Assembly: GCF_030144855.1 (NCBI RefSeq)
Contig: NC_082726.1
Coordinates: 23,250,001 to 23,314,000, forward strand
Reading direction: 5' to 3'
DNA length: 64,000 bases
Source: Hypanus sabinus
Taxonomy: Eukaryota
The notes below the pieces were generated by a model, which saw only the letters and a list, made by a program, of their open reading frames with translations, did no database searches and was not told the DNA's origin. The position numbers and the translations under genes were made by a program. Positions 38,790-51,200 of this stretch are shown here, in pieces. The first letter of the stretch is position 1, and each line of letters starts with the position of its first letter.

Positions 38790-39420
38790 TCCAATCCTTG
38801 TCTTTATCCTTCAACTTCACACCTCTCATCCACTTTAGCCTCTGCATAGTGGTAAAGTCTCCCAGCATTCTTCATGGGAACGATCAACTTCGCTCCCTCC
38901 AGTTCTCAATTCCTGTACATTGTTGATTTCAGTTGATCATGCCCTCAGCTCAATAGGCTTCTAACCCTCTCAATCCCTTCACACAGCCTCTTCTCTTTTT
39001 TAAAAAAATCTTTAAAATCCACTTTTTTTGATTTATTTTATGACATTTGTCCTGAAACCTTCTCATGTGAGTCTGTGTCAAATTGTCATGGAGTCAGACA
39101 GCATTGAAGCGGGCCCTTTGGCCCAAACTCTCCATGCTAACCCAGATGTCATGGAACATTACAACAGAGAAACAGGCCCTTTGGCTCAGTTAGTCTGTCC
39201 TGAACTGTTATTCTGCCCAGTCAGATCGCTGTGCTCCTGGACCATAGCCTCCCTTGCCCTTGCCATCCTTGTACTTATCCAAATTTCTCTTAAGTGTTGA
39301 AATGGAAACAGCATCCAGAACTTTTGTTGGCTGAATGTGTTCAATAGTGCTCCTGTGAAGCATCCTGCTAATTTCACTGCAATTTGGGGAGGCCATACAG
39401 ATGTAAGTTATTGTTGTCAT
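38790..39420 (+). mobile_element. L2-type LINE 3' end interrupted by CR1 tail pieces (~39090-39340)
   Basis: Terminal gctcctgtgaagc...gtaagttattgttgt resembles L2 3' ends. Confidence 0.45.
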
Positions 39421-39647
39421 TAAAATTTAGAGGAGCTTTGTAAATGTTGTGCATTCTCTGACCTAGTTTTTATCCAGAGAAGTCCATTATTCTGTTTGTA
39501 TCCCTGGCTTCAGATGAAGGGAAAACATCAGAGAAAAATAATGACTCATATTCAGAAAAAGAATTGTGTGAGCAATGTGTTGCTAGAAATGAAGAGCATT
39601 TTTATATCGTTGCTTTCTCTACAATATTAACAAAAGGTTTTTTTATA

Positions 39648-40102
39648 AACATGAGAGATTCCGCAGATGCAGGAAAGACAGTGCAACATACACAAAATGC
39701 TGGAGGAACTCAGCAGTTCAGGCAGCGTCTATGGAAATGAATGAACGGTCGAGGTTATGGGCCGAGACCCTTCTTTAGGTCTGAAACGAATGGGAGAAGA
39801 TGCCAGAATAAAAAGTGGGTGGAGAGGAAGGAGGACTAGCTAGAAGGTGATAAGTGAAGCCAGGTGGGTGAGAAAGGCTGGAGAAGGATGTATCTGGTAG
39901 GAGAGGAGATTGGACCTCAGGAGAAAAGGAAGAAGGAAGGGTACCAGGGGAAAGTGATAGGCAGGTAAGGAGATGAGGTAGCAGGGCCAGAGTGGGGAAT
40001 GGAGGAATAGAGAAGTGAGAGGGAAAATAATAATGAGGAAAAACCGATTTTCATGTCATCAGGTTGGAGGCTATCTAGAAGGACTATGAGGTGTTGCTCC
40101 TC
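39648..40102 (-). mobile_element. Penelope 3' end/pLTR
   Basis: Same structure as 3640-4110; hammerhead core decayed. Confidence 0.65.
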
Positions 40103-41579
40103 AAAAAGTTGTTATGATATCAGGTACTTTCTCTGAGATCACTGTGATCCCTAGTTTTCTTTATATTTTTCCTGGGTTGAATTCCATCACTGTCTGCAAC
40201 GAGTTTCTATGTTCTCCTGGTGACAGAGGGAGATTCCTTTGGTGTCTGCAGTTTCCTCCCATATTGCAAAGGCAGTCCAAGTGCGACCATCAAGCAGAAC
40301 TGGAGACTGCATAGTGGGCTCTGTAGCTGCACCGTCCAACTAGCAGTCAGTGCTGAAGTGGACAATGAAAAGATGGAGCCTGGGAGCCTGGAGAGGAGCA
40401 GGAGGGAGAGAAGATTGCCAGGGAGAAATCTCAGCTCAGGACTCTAAGCTGAGGTGGAACCATCAGAATCAAGTTTATGATCTCTGTCTTAAATGTCATG
40501 AAATTGTTTTTTAGCGGCAGTACAGTGCAAACACATAAAATTATTATAAATTGCAAAATAAATAAATAGTGCAGAGTGAAAGCAATACTTAGGTTGCGTT
40601 TATAGTTTCATGGGCCATTCAGAAATCTGGTGGGGAAGGGGAAGAAAGTATTCCTGTGTCATTGAGTGTGGATCTTCAGGCTCCTGTACCTCCTTCCTGG
40701 CAGTAGTAGTGAGAAGAGGAGATGTTGGGGATGGTGAAGGTCCTTTCTGATGGCTGCTGCCTTCTTGAGGCACGCTCTCTTTGATGGTGGGGCGGGTTGT
40801 GCCTGTGATGGAATTGATTACAAACCACTCAGTGATGTAACCAGGCAGAATACTCTCCAAGAAATCTCTGTAAAAACTTTCAAGACTGTGTTGCCATGGG
40901 ATACCGGAGATTCCCTATTAGGGAGGCAGTTTTAATTAGGTGCTGCAAACCAACATTGTCCATCTAAGTTGCCCTTTCCACACAGCAATGCCTAGCACCA
41001 CCATAGCATTCTGATAACCAGCAGGAAATCCTCAGCCATGCGGGAAATCCTCTCGTACCTGCTGGGCAGATCCATCTGCACTGAACAGAGCACACCAGTG
41101 AATGAATCCTTGCTACAATTCCATCAACTTGCTGCTCCCTCTCTCTACCTCCTGCTGAGTGATGACTCATTTAAAGAAATCAATGCCTCAGCATCAAAGG
41201 GAAGCATTCCCTGTGAGGATCTACTCGCTGCACAGTGATGTACAGAGAAATACAATACTTCCATGAGTATAGGCATCCTTTGACCACATTTGCTCACCTG
41301 CAACGGCTCCCATTAACAACATCAATCTTTGTAGGGTTTTTCGCCAAGCCTGGTTAGGTCACAAATATATCGTCATCAATTGAGGTGGCATCCTCACTGC
41401 CCAATTGAGTGTTGTTTCTGCCAAGTGCTCACATTTATATTGGTCCAACTTGTTACTTGAGGAACCAGCATTCACAACCACTGATAACCAGGGATACTGG
41501 TCAGTGGAGATCACTCAGCTATCCGGTTGGCCGAGACTCAGCAGACGCTAGCGGCCAGTGCAATAGCCAGCCCACCAGA

Positions 41580-41950
41580 ACAATGAGTCAGGCGGCATCT
41601 ATGGAGGGGAATGAACAGTTGATATTTTGGGCTGAGACCCTTTATCTGGTATGGAAAAGAAGGAGGCAGAAGCCAGAAGAAGTAGTTGGGAGAGGTGGAG
41701 AAGTACAAGCTGGCATTTGAGAGGTGAAACCAGGTGATGGGAAAGGTGAGCGGGTGGGGGAGGTGAGAGGACTTAAGAAGCTGGGAGTTGATAGATGGAA
41801 AAGGTAAAAGACTGAAGAAGAAGGAATCTTTAGAAGAGGAGAGTGGACCATGGAAGAAAGGGAAGGAGGAGGGACACCAGAGGGAAGTGATAGGTAGGTG
41901 AGGAGAAGAAGTAACCAGGATGAGGAATGGAATACCTTTCTCTTCCTAGT
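41580..41950 (-). mobile_element. Penelope pLTR fragment
   Basis: gcggcatctatggagggga...gggctgagacccttt plus purine-rich tract. Confidence 0.6.
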
Positions 41951-41989
41951 TGTCAATTCCCATCGAAATGTGTGAGGGCTCTGATCCTG

Positions 41990-43260
41990 TCACCGACTGG
42001 TATAGCACTGAGCATGGGGTTCCCTATTATAGCACTGAAGAACACCAGCGAGACTACATCTGTGCCAACTTGTGTGACTGTGAGGCTGCAGACAGCACAA
42101 CCTCCCAGAAATTCTGCCCTCTGTCATGGAGGTTTCAGACAGCAGCCAGTAGGAATGTCTGGACCAGCCATGGACTGTGGCAAAGATAATAGGCTTCACT
42201 GAGATCAATAATACTCCCTGAAGTTACGATTTACCAGCTGAGGTGTACTCAGCTCTTGGGGGACTGGATGAGCTGAGACTTTCTGGAAATGAATAATGCC
42301 ATGCTCCTAGTTGGCTAGAATCCAGGAGGAAGGGTAATATCTACAACAGAAGGGGAAGAGGGCGGGATTTAGGAACTGAAGGGTTAAAAGATTCTATCCC
42401 AAGATCACTGCTGATCATGTCTGTTTTGGAACTCAGAGGAAGAATCTCTGACATCCTTGCCCTGCTCAGAGATGCTGTCACTTATGTCCATGGTTGGGGG
42501 CTTGGTGTGGGGTGGCATTTCCCTGATCAGCTTGGAGCATGGGAAAGCCTTTCACAGGAACATGATGCATGACCTCTCTAAACTGAACTTGTGATGGAAA
42601 TCAGGAAATTAACGGTGGTGAACAGATAGTTTCACCTTCAACTACAGAGACAGGCAGGGTTTCCCCTCTCCCTGTCTTTGTGTGGTGCATAGAAGCCTTT
42701 TCAGAATCTGTCAGGAATGGATAGGAGTGTAGGAGGGGTAACGATTTCAGACAATGGGGACACTCAGCTCACAGGCTCCCTGTATAAGAAAGATGTCACT
42801 GTCTCCTGCTTGCATTCACAGTTGGTCTGGAGGTGGATTAGTTTGAGCTGAGGGCCAGAGCCAACAGCAGGGAAGGTGAGGCCATCTTCTCTGGCAAATA
42901 GACTGACTAACCCACTGTCTGACCAGCTGAAGCTGCTGGGGATTAAGTTTGGAGCTGCCAGAATACATGACAAGAATTAGCAGGAGCCAGTGGGTAAGGT
43001 CCAACAAAAATTGGGAATGTGGGATGGTATTCCTAGATGGCAAGAGCTGTATCATTCCGTTTGAGGTGCTTTGGATGTTGCAGTCCATGGCATAGGTGTG
43101 ACCCATACCCCATTCCTTCACTGAGGCACTCAAACCCGGCCATTTTCCATTTCATCAGAGGTCACCACAGGCTGAGGCTCTGCTAGTCCCTGGTGTTGTG
43201 AAGGATGGTCCTTGCCTTGTTGCTGTCCATTCTTCGTGGATGAGTTCCTTCTGGAAAACA
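41990..43260 (-). mobile_element. Highly decayed Gypsy/Ty3-like integrase remnant
   Basis: Frame-hopping motifs WPGLSASVKEW, *EY..IFVGPYP, LVSLFAR..GL....SGPQ resemble the integrase HHCC and core motifs; many stops. Confidence 0.45.
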
Positions 43261-43274
43261 ACTTTGATCACAAG

Positions 43275-43488
43275 CACATGTAATTCTGCAGATCCTGGAA
43301 ATCTAAAGCAAAACAGACAAAATACTGGAAAAAACTCAGCAGGTTAGGCAGCAACTATGGAAGTGAACGAACATGTGAAAGCAAATTTCAGTCCTGAATA
43401 ATGGTATTAGTATAAAATGTAGACTGTTTGGTCATTTCCATGGATGTTGCCTGATCTGCTGAGTTCCTCCAGCATTTTGTGTGTTTAA
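43275..43488. mobile_element. PLE-derived foldback
   Basis: Inverted pLTR ends; TSD ctttgatcacaag (43262) / ccttgatcgcaag (43489). Confidence 0.65.
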
Positions 43489-43546
43489 CCTTGATCGCAA
43501 GTCCATTACTGAATGTTTTGCAGGAGAACTACAGTACATGGTTGAT

Positions 43547-46080
43547 ACCATAAAACTTAGAACATAGAATAGTACAGCACATTACAGGCCCTTTAGCCCA
43601 CAATGTTGTGCCGACCTTCAAACCCTGCCTCCCATATAAACCCCCCCACCTTAAATTCCTCCATATACCTGTCTAGTAGTCTCTTAAACTTCACTAGTGT
43701 GTCTGCCTCCACCACTGACTCAGGCAGTGCATTCCATGCACCAACCAATCTCTGAGTGAAAAACCTTCTTTTAATATCCCCCTTGAACTTCCCTCCCTTT
43801 ACCTTAAAGCCATGTCCTCTTGTACTGAGCAGTGGTGCCCTGGGGAAGAGGCACTGGCTGTCCAGTCTGTCTATTCCTCTTAATATCTTGTACACCTCTA
43901 TCATGTCTCCTCTCATCCTCCTTCTCTCCAAAGAGTAAAGCCCTAGCTCTCTTAATCTCTGACCATAATCCATACTCTCTAAACCAGGCAGCATCCTGGT
44001 AAATCTCCTCTGTACCCTTTCCAATGCTTCCACATCCTTCCTATACTGAGGCGACCAGAACTGGACACAGTACTCCAAATGTGGCCTAACTAGAGTTTTA
44101 TACAGCTGCATCATTACATCGCGTCTCTTAAATTCTATCCCTCGACTTATGAAAGCTAACACCCCATAAGCTTTCTTAACTATCCTATCTACCTGTGAGG
44201 CAACTTTCAGAGATCTGTGGACATGTACCCCCAGATCCCTCCGCTCCTCCACTTTACCAAGTATCCTGCCATTTACTTTGTACTCTGCCTTGGAGTTTGT
44301 CCTTCCAAAGTGTACCACCTCACACTTCTCTGGGTTGAACTCCATCTGCCACTTCTCAGCCCACTTCTGCATCCTATCAATGTCTCTCTGCAATCTTTGA
44401 CAATCCTCTATACTATCTACAACACCACCAACCTTTGTGTTGTCTGTAAACTTGCCAACCCACCCTTCTACCCCCACATCCAGGTCGTTAATAAAAATCA
44501 CAAAAAGTAGACGTCCCAGAACAGACCCTTGTGGGACACCACTAGTCACAACCCTCCAATCTGAATGTACTGCCTCCACCATGACCCTCTGCCTTCTTCA
44601 GGCAAGCCAATTCTGAATCCACCTGGCCAAACGTTCCTGGATCCCATACCTTCTGACTTTCTGAATAAGCCTACCGTGTGGAACCTTGTTAAATGCCTTA
44701 CTAAAATCCATGTAGATCACATCCACTGCTCTACCCTCATCTATTTGCCTGGTCACCTCCTCAAAGAACTCTATCAGGCTTGTTAGGCATGATCTGCCCT
44801 TCACAAAGCCATGCTGACTGTCCTTGATCAGACCATGATTCTCTAAATGCCCATAGATCCCATCTCTAAGAATCTTTTCCAACAGCTTTTCCACCACAGA
44901 CGTAAGGCTCACTGGTCTATAATTACTTGAACTATCCCTACTACCTTTTTTGAACAAGGGGCCAACATTCGCCTCCCTCCAATCCTCCGGTACCATTCCC
45001 GTGGACAACGAGGACATAAAGATCCTAGCCAGATGTTCAGCAATCTCTTCCCTTGCCCTGTGGAGCAGCCTGGGGAATATTCCGTCAGGCCTTGGGACTT
45101 ATCCGTCCTAATGTATTTTAACAACTCCAACACCTCCTCTCCCTTAATATTAACATGCTCCAGAACATCAACCTCACTCATATTGTCCTCACCGTCATCA
45201 AGTTCCCTCTCAGTGGTGAATACCGAAGAGAAGTATTCATTGAGGACCTCGCTCACTTCCACAGCCTCCAGGCACATCTTCCCACTTTTATCTCTAATCA
45301 GTCCTACCTTCACTCCTGTCATCCTTTTGTTCTTCACATAATTGAAGAATGTCTTGGGGTTTTCCTTTACCCTACTCGCCAAGGCCTTCTCATGCCCCCT
45401 TCTTGCTCTTCTCAGCCCCTTCTTAAGCTCCTTTCTTGCTACCCTATATTCTTCCATAGACCCATCTGATCCTTGCTTCCTAAACCTCGTGTATGCTGCC
45501 TTCTTCCACCTGACTAGATTTTCCACATCACTTGTCACCCATGGTTCCTTCACCCTACCATTCTTTATCTTCCTCACCGGAACAAATTTATCCCTAACAT
45601 CCTGCAAGAGATCCCTAAACATCGACCATGTGTCCATAGTACATTTCCCTGCAAAAACATCATCCCAATTCACACCTGCAAGTTCTAGCCTTATAGCCTC
45701 ATAATTTGCCCTTCCCCAATTAAAATTTTTCCTGTCCTCTCTGATTCTATCCTTTTCCATGATAATGCTAAAGGTCAGGGAGCGGTGATCACTGTCCCCC
45801 AGATGCTCACCCACTGACAGATCTGTGACCTGACCCGGTTCATTACCTAATACTAGATCTAGTATGGCATTCCCCCTAGTCGGCCTGTCAACATACTGTG
45901 ACAGGAATCCACCCTGGACACACTTAACAAACTCTGCCCCATCTAAACCCTTGGAACTAATCAAGTGCCAATCAATATTAGGGAAGTTAAAGTTACCCAT
46001 GATTACAACCCTGTTATTTTTGCACCTTTCCAAAATCTGCCTCCCAATCTGCTCCTCTGTATCTCTGCTGCTACCGTGGG
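43547..46080 (-). mobile_element. Young 5'-truncated CR1 LINE, ORF2 from endonuclease C-terminus to 3' end
   Basis: Three near-contiguous ORFs (374, 139, 329 aa) with GNFNFPNIDW, LDLVLGN, SDH, NYRPVSL, GVPQGSVLG; candidate TSD atggttgat (43538) / atggttcat (46081). Confidence 0.95.
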
Positions 46081-46687
46081 ATGGTTCATTGAGCAGCTGT
46101 CCAAACTATGTGGTAGAATGGCTCTTCATCTGAACTTAGCAACAAGCACAAAGACCTTATTTAGCTGTCTGTGAGAGGGACCCTCTCTGTTGGATCCTTA
46201 CTGTACAGTTGGAGGTTTCACTCCCAACACAAACTGCCCTGGTATGGCCACTATGAGGATAAGAAAATCGTCTACCTCTTTGTTGAAAGAAAGGCTGGAG
46301 AAGGATTCAAGGATCCATATTGATGTATACCATAAGTAATTGTATAATGAAAGCCTATCTGATCTCCAGACTGATCACAGGGAAACAGACATCAAGTGGC
46401 ACTGGAAGATCACCTCAGAGAAGGATGTACTTTGTTCTGTCCAATATGTTGGTCGTAAAGTGTAAGATATGTGTAAATGATTGCTGCTGATATTGAATGG
46501 TGGATCAGACTCAGTGACCTAATTCTGCTCCTGTGTCTTATGGTTTTATGGCCTTTGTGTGTGTTGCTTCATATTTCCAACATCTGCAAAGTCTGTTATG
46601 CCACACGAGTCCTTTGTTGCTTTATATGTAATTCGTATTAACTCAGTACCATCACAAATGAGTGGATTGACAAATCTATGAGTGTAC

Positions 46688-47685
46688 AGGCACAAAATGC
46701 TGGAGGAACTCAACAGGCCAGGCAGCATCTATGGAAAAGAGTACAGTCAATGTTTCGGGCTGAAACCCTTCTGCAGGACTGGAGAAAAAAAGCTGAGGAG
46801 TAGATTTAAAAGGTGGGGGGAGGGGAGAGAGAAACACAAGGTGATAGGTGAAACAGCGAGGGGGAGGGATGAAGTAAAGAGCTGGTAAGTTGATTAGTGA
46901 AAGAGATAGAGGTCTGGAGAAGGGGAAGTCTGATAGAAGACTGAAGGCCATGGATGAAAAAAAAGGCGGGAGGAGCACCAGGGGGAGGCGGTCGGCCAGC
47001 AAGGAGCGAGGGGAAAGGGTTTGCGGAATGGTGAGGGAGGGGGTGATACTTTACTTTTGAGTCTGTTGGGATTATATACTGTGTCCGGTGCTCTCGGTGT
47101 GGCCTCTAGTATAGTGGTGAGACCTGACGTAGACTGTGAGACCACTTTGCTGAGCACCTATGCTCTGTCTGCCAGAGAAAGTGGGATCTCCCAGTGGCCA
47201 CCCATTTTAATTCCACCTCCCATTCTCATTCCGATTTGTCTATCCATGACCTCTTCCACCTTCGTGATGAGGCCAGACACAGTTGGAGAAACAACACCTT
47301 ATATTTTGTTTGGGAGCCTCCAACCTAATAGCATGAACACTGATTTCTTGAATTTCTGGTAATGCCCCACCACCCCTTCACCATTCCCCATCCCCTTCAT
47401 CTATCAGACTCCCCCTTCTCCAGCCCTGTATCTCTTTCACTAATCAGTTTCCTAGTTATTTACTTCATCCCTGCCCCTCCCAGTTTCACTTATCACCTTG
47501 TGTTTTTCTCTCCTCTCCCCCCGCCTTTTAAATTGACTTCTCAGCTTTTTTTTCCAGTCCTGCTGAAGGGTTTCGGCCTGAAACATCGACTGTACTCTTT
47601 TCCATAGATGCAGCCTGGCCTGTTGAGTTCCTCTGGCAGTTAGTGTGTGTTGCTTGGATTTCGAGCATCTGCAGATTTTTTCATG
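46688..47685 (+). mobile_element. 5'-truncated Penelope element: inverted pLTR + GIY-YIG endonuclease remnant + direct pLTR
   Basis: 47050-47362 reads FTFESVGIIYCVRCSRCGL*YSGET*RRL*DHFAEH...VATHFNSTSH...(frameshift)LIFCLGSLQPNSMN; TSD tctatgagtgtac (46675-46687) / tctatgagcgtac (47686-47698). Confidence 0.9.
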
Positions 47686-48064
47686 TCTATGAGCGTACTG
47701 ACTGGATGACACCCTGAATGCAAAGAAAACCATTCATAGTTTTGCATTCTGTGTGTACATTTATGAATGAAGATTATTTTTGAAATGATAAAGCAGAGGT
47801 CGTTCTCTGCTGTTGGACTGCATGCAGAGTGGCGCAATGAAACAGAGAACTGGCATCTGTCACACAGCATATCCTGGGCTTGCATGCATCATGTGAGAAG
47901 GCATCCTTGTGACTGCTTCACCATTTGGTAACTCATGGTTGACTGTACTGTGAGCTGAATGCTGTGTTCTCATCCACCCTTGGTAACCCCTCAACCTGAG
48001 GCCATGTAAATCTGGGAATTATCTGCCGGGTAGCAATGGTACATTGGCAGTTCCTTATGGAAGT

Positions 48065-48203
48065 AGTACAAAGACAAGAAAATCTGCAGGTGCTGGAAAT
48101 CCAAGCAACACTCATGCAATGCTGGAGGAACTCAGAAGGCCAAGCAGCATTTATGGAAAAGAGTAAACTGTCAACGTTTTGCGTCAAGACTCATAATCAG
48201 GAC
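48065..48203 (-). mobile_element. 139-bp PLE pLTR-only insertion
   Basis: Exact 14-bp TSD ttccttatggaagt at 48051-48064 and 48204-48217. Confidence 0.8.
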
Positions 48204-49184
48204 TTCCTTATGGAAGTGTTGGCTGCATAAAAACATAACTAAGTCTGTCAGTAACTCAAGAGTAGAGACTGGGTTAGGCTGTACACCAACTGTTTTATCT
48301 GTTACATCTCCTGATCTATCAGAACCCTTTAACTTTTCCTGGAGTATCTTACCTATCTTAGTAATAGCCAATTGTTGTGATTAAGTTGGTACAGTGTAAT
48401 TATTTGGAACTGTATCAAATGTAGTTTTTATTTACAGTCATCTATTTTTCCTCATGAGAAGGTGTAATCGCTGTGGTAAACATTTCCGTATCACTGAAGA
48501 ACAGGTACTTTATCAACACATTCATTTGCCCTTACGTGTTGCATTTTTGACTGTTCATACAATTCATCAATCTCTGCTAATGCCTCCGTTGTAAATTTTC
48601 CATGGGTTCTAGGTATTGGACGTGCTGTTAATTTTAGAGAAGGCAATTTGAGTGATACAGTGCCTTATTCCAACAGTGTGACAGTTAATGACTCTTCACC
48701 TAAAGAGGTTTTGCAGAGATTATGGTTTCCAGATATTGGCCCTTAATGAGAACGGTTCATGCCATTTTAACACACACAACACATTGGCTTTTTAATACTG
48801 ACTTTGTCTTGCATTGAGAACACAGTGATCAGTATGCAATCTTCAAAGAACAGGTTTCTACAGTGACTTTGATGGTTTTCGCATGACTTGGAGTAAAATA
48901 AATTTGAGGTAATTTTTATTTATAAGTTTTATTATATAATTTATAATGAGGGACTATAGCTGCTATTTTAATGTTAGGTTTAGCACAGCGGTTACACAAG
49001 ACAGGTTAATGGATAGTAATTGCAGGAAGGTGGTCTGTGGGTACACAACTGCTTTTTATGCTGTTTGTAAGCCCTTTTTGCCTGGGTATGTGGGATTGTT
49101 ATTTTTGATCCTTGAGGATTATTGATGCATTTCATATCATGAGAAAACTTGCTGATAATCTACTTTTGAAATGAAGCATTTTGT

Positions 49185-49985
49185 TTCATTCAGTTGGCTG
49201 ACAGTGGCAAGGCCGGCATTTATTGCCCATCGGTAATTTGCTCTCGAGAAGGAAAAGGTGAGTTGTCCCCTTGACCTGCTGTAGTCCATCTGTGGTGAAG
49301 GTGCTCCTCCAGCGCAGTTGGAGAGAGAGTTCCAGGATACAGACCCAGTCATGATGAAGGAACAGCTTCCACCTCAGGATGGTGTTTAACTTAGAGGGGA
49401 GATGCTGGTGTTCACAAGCACCTGCTGCCCTTGTCCTCACTAGAGGTTGCGGGATGAGGAGGGGCTGTTGGAGTAACCTTGATGAGTGTCTGCAAAATGG
49501 TGATGCATTATTGCAATGGTAGCATAGTGGTTAGAACAATTCCTTAACAGTGCCAGCAATCATAAGCTGGGGCTCAATTCCTGCTGCATTTTTGTAAGGA
49601 GTTTGAACATTCTCCCCATGACCGCTTGGGTTTCCTACGGGTGTCTGGTTTCCTTTCCCATTCCAAAGACGTACAGTTAGTACGGTCCGTTTTGGGCTGC
49701 TATGTTGGTGTCACAAGATTGGCGGTACTTGTGGGCTGTCCAGTGCCATCTTCAGACCATGCTGGCTGTTGGCATTAAACAATGCGTTTCACTGTATGTT
49801 TCGATGTACATGTGATAACTAAGGCTGATCTTTAAGTCAGGCTGGTGTGTGCCTTAGTGGCAAACATACAACCGGTGGATTCGTATGGCAGCTGCCCTTG
49901 TCCTTCTCAGTGGCAACGTTGCAGTTTAGGGAGGTGCTATGAGCACCCTAGGTGACCATTTTGTTGATGGGACACATTGGTGCAC
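49185..49985 (-). mobile_element. RTE-X-like LINE 3' end, interrupted by a SINE
   Basis: Minus strand ...ggactacagcaggtcaag...ccttctcgagagcaaattaccgatgggcaataaatgccggcc recalls shark RTE-type 3' ends; family assignment uncertain. Confidence 0.45.
49512..49830 (+). mobile_element. V-SINE/HE1-like tRNA-derived SINE
   Basis: A box tagcatagtggtt, B-box-like gctcaattcc, V-domain-like gggtttcc...tccaaagac. Confidence 0.7.
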
Positions 49986-49989
49986 TACA

Positions 49990-50153
49990 CTCGAAATGCT
50001 GGAGGAACTCAGCAGGTCAGGCAGCATCCATGGATGGAAATAAACTGTTGATGTGCTGAGATCCTTCAGCAAGGTCTCAGCCCAACATGTTTATTTCCCT
50101 CCATAAATGTTGCCTGACCAAAAATCCAGCAACTGCTGAATCTCTACTGTCAG
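49990..50153. mobile_element. PLE-derived foldback
   Basis: Inverted pLTR ends; possible TSD tggtgcactaca (49978) / ttgtgcactaga (50154). Confidence 0.55.
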
Positions 50154-51200
50154 TTGTGCACTAGAATTGAAGGGAAAGAATGTTTGTGTTGGTGAGTGGG
50201 ATGTCAGAGAAACAACCTGTCTTCAAAGTTCGAAGTACGAAATAGTTCAAAGTAAGTTTATTATCAATGTATGTATACAGTATGTAGCCATATACTGCAC
50301 TGAGATACATTTTCTTGCAGGCATTCACTGTAGGACAAATGCATCCAGTAGAATCTTGCCTTATAAAGCTCTGAGACATGAGTGTTGTTGTAGCCACAGT
50401 TATCCATGCAACCAGAGATCATTCCAAAATGCTGTAGACTGTAAGATCATTCAGTGTAGGATCAGAATTAAGCTATATGGACAATTAACTCTGCTCTGCA
50501 TCCAGTCATGCAATCAATCAAACCCACTTTCCTTCTTTCTAATAGTAACTCTTAATCTGTCGAAAAAAATTTTGCCTTGACTAGGACCAGAGGATATAGC
50601 CTCAGAATACAAGGACATCCCTTTAGAACAGAGATGAGGAGAGATTTATTCTCTGTGGAATTCATTGCCACAGATAGCTATAGAGGTCAAGTCATTGAGT
50701 ATATTTAAAATGGAAGTTGATAGGTTCTTAATTAGTAGGGGCATTAAAGATTATGGGGAGAAGGCAAGAGAATGGGGTTGAGAGGGATAATAAGTCAGCC
50801 ATGACGGAATGGCAGAGCAGATTCCATGGGCTGAACAGTCTAATTCTACTCCTTGTCTTATAATAACGTCAGAGCTGATTTGCACTGCAGTGACATCAGA
50901 GTGCTCAGCAGACGCATGGGCAATACCTGGCACAGAAACTCCACGACGCTACTGGTTTCAAGCCTATGACTGATAAAATTTTCCCGATCCAATGAGGGTG
51001 ATGGAGTTAAGATGCAAATCGGAAATAATGCAAGTAAATGGTGAAAAAAGCTAGCAGATTGCCTTATGATTGGATGAAGATTTATCTTAAATCTTTCATG
51101 TTAATATTATAATGGGAGAGGCGGGTTCTATACCTCTTGAGAACTCTGGTGACATTGAAATCAATGGCATTGAACTTCAAATGTGCAGTTGTGATTAAAG

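Noticed and set aside
45033-45704. Several 100-120 aa plus-strand ORFs (and similar ones at 13527-13931 and 14043-14639)
   Set aside because: They are antisense shadows of CR1 ORF2.
48410-48593. Hydrophobic stretch plus RRCNRCGKHF, suggesting a TM exon or zinc finger
   Set aside because: His spacing is not C2H2, and the phase-1 acceptor is weak and leaves only about 11 hydrophobic residues. A possible integrase-like remnant nearby (~48720) was also too weak to call.
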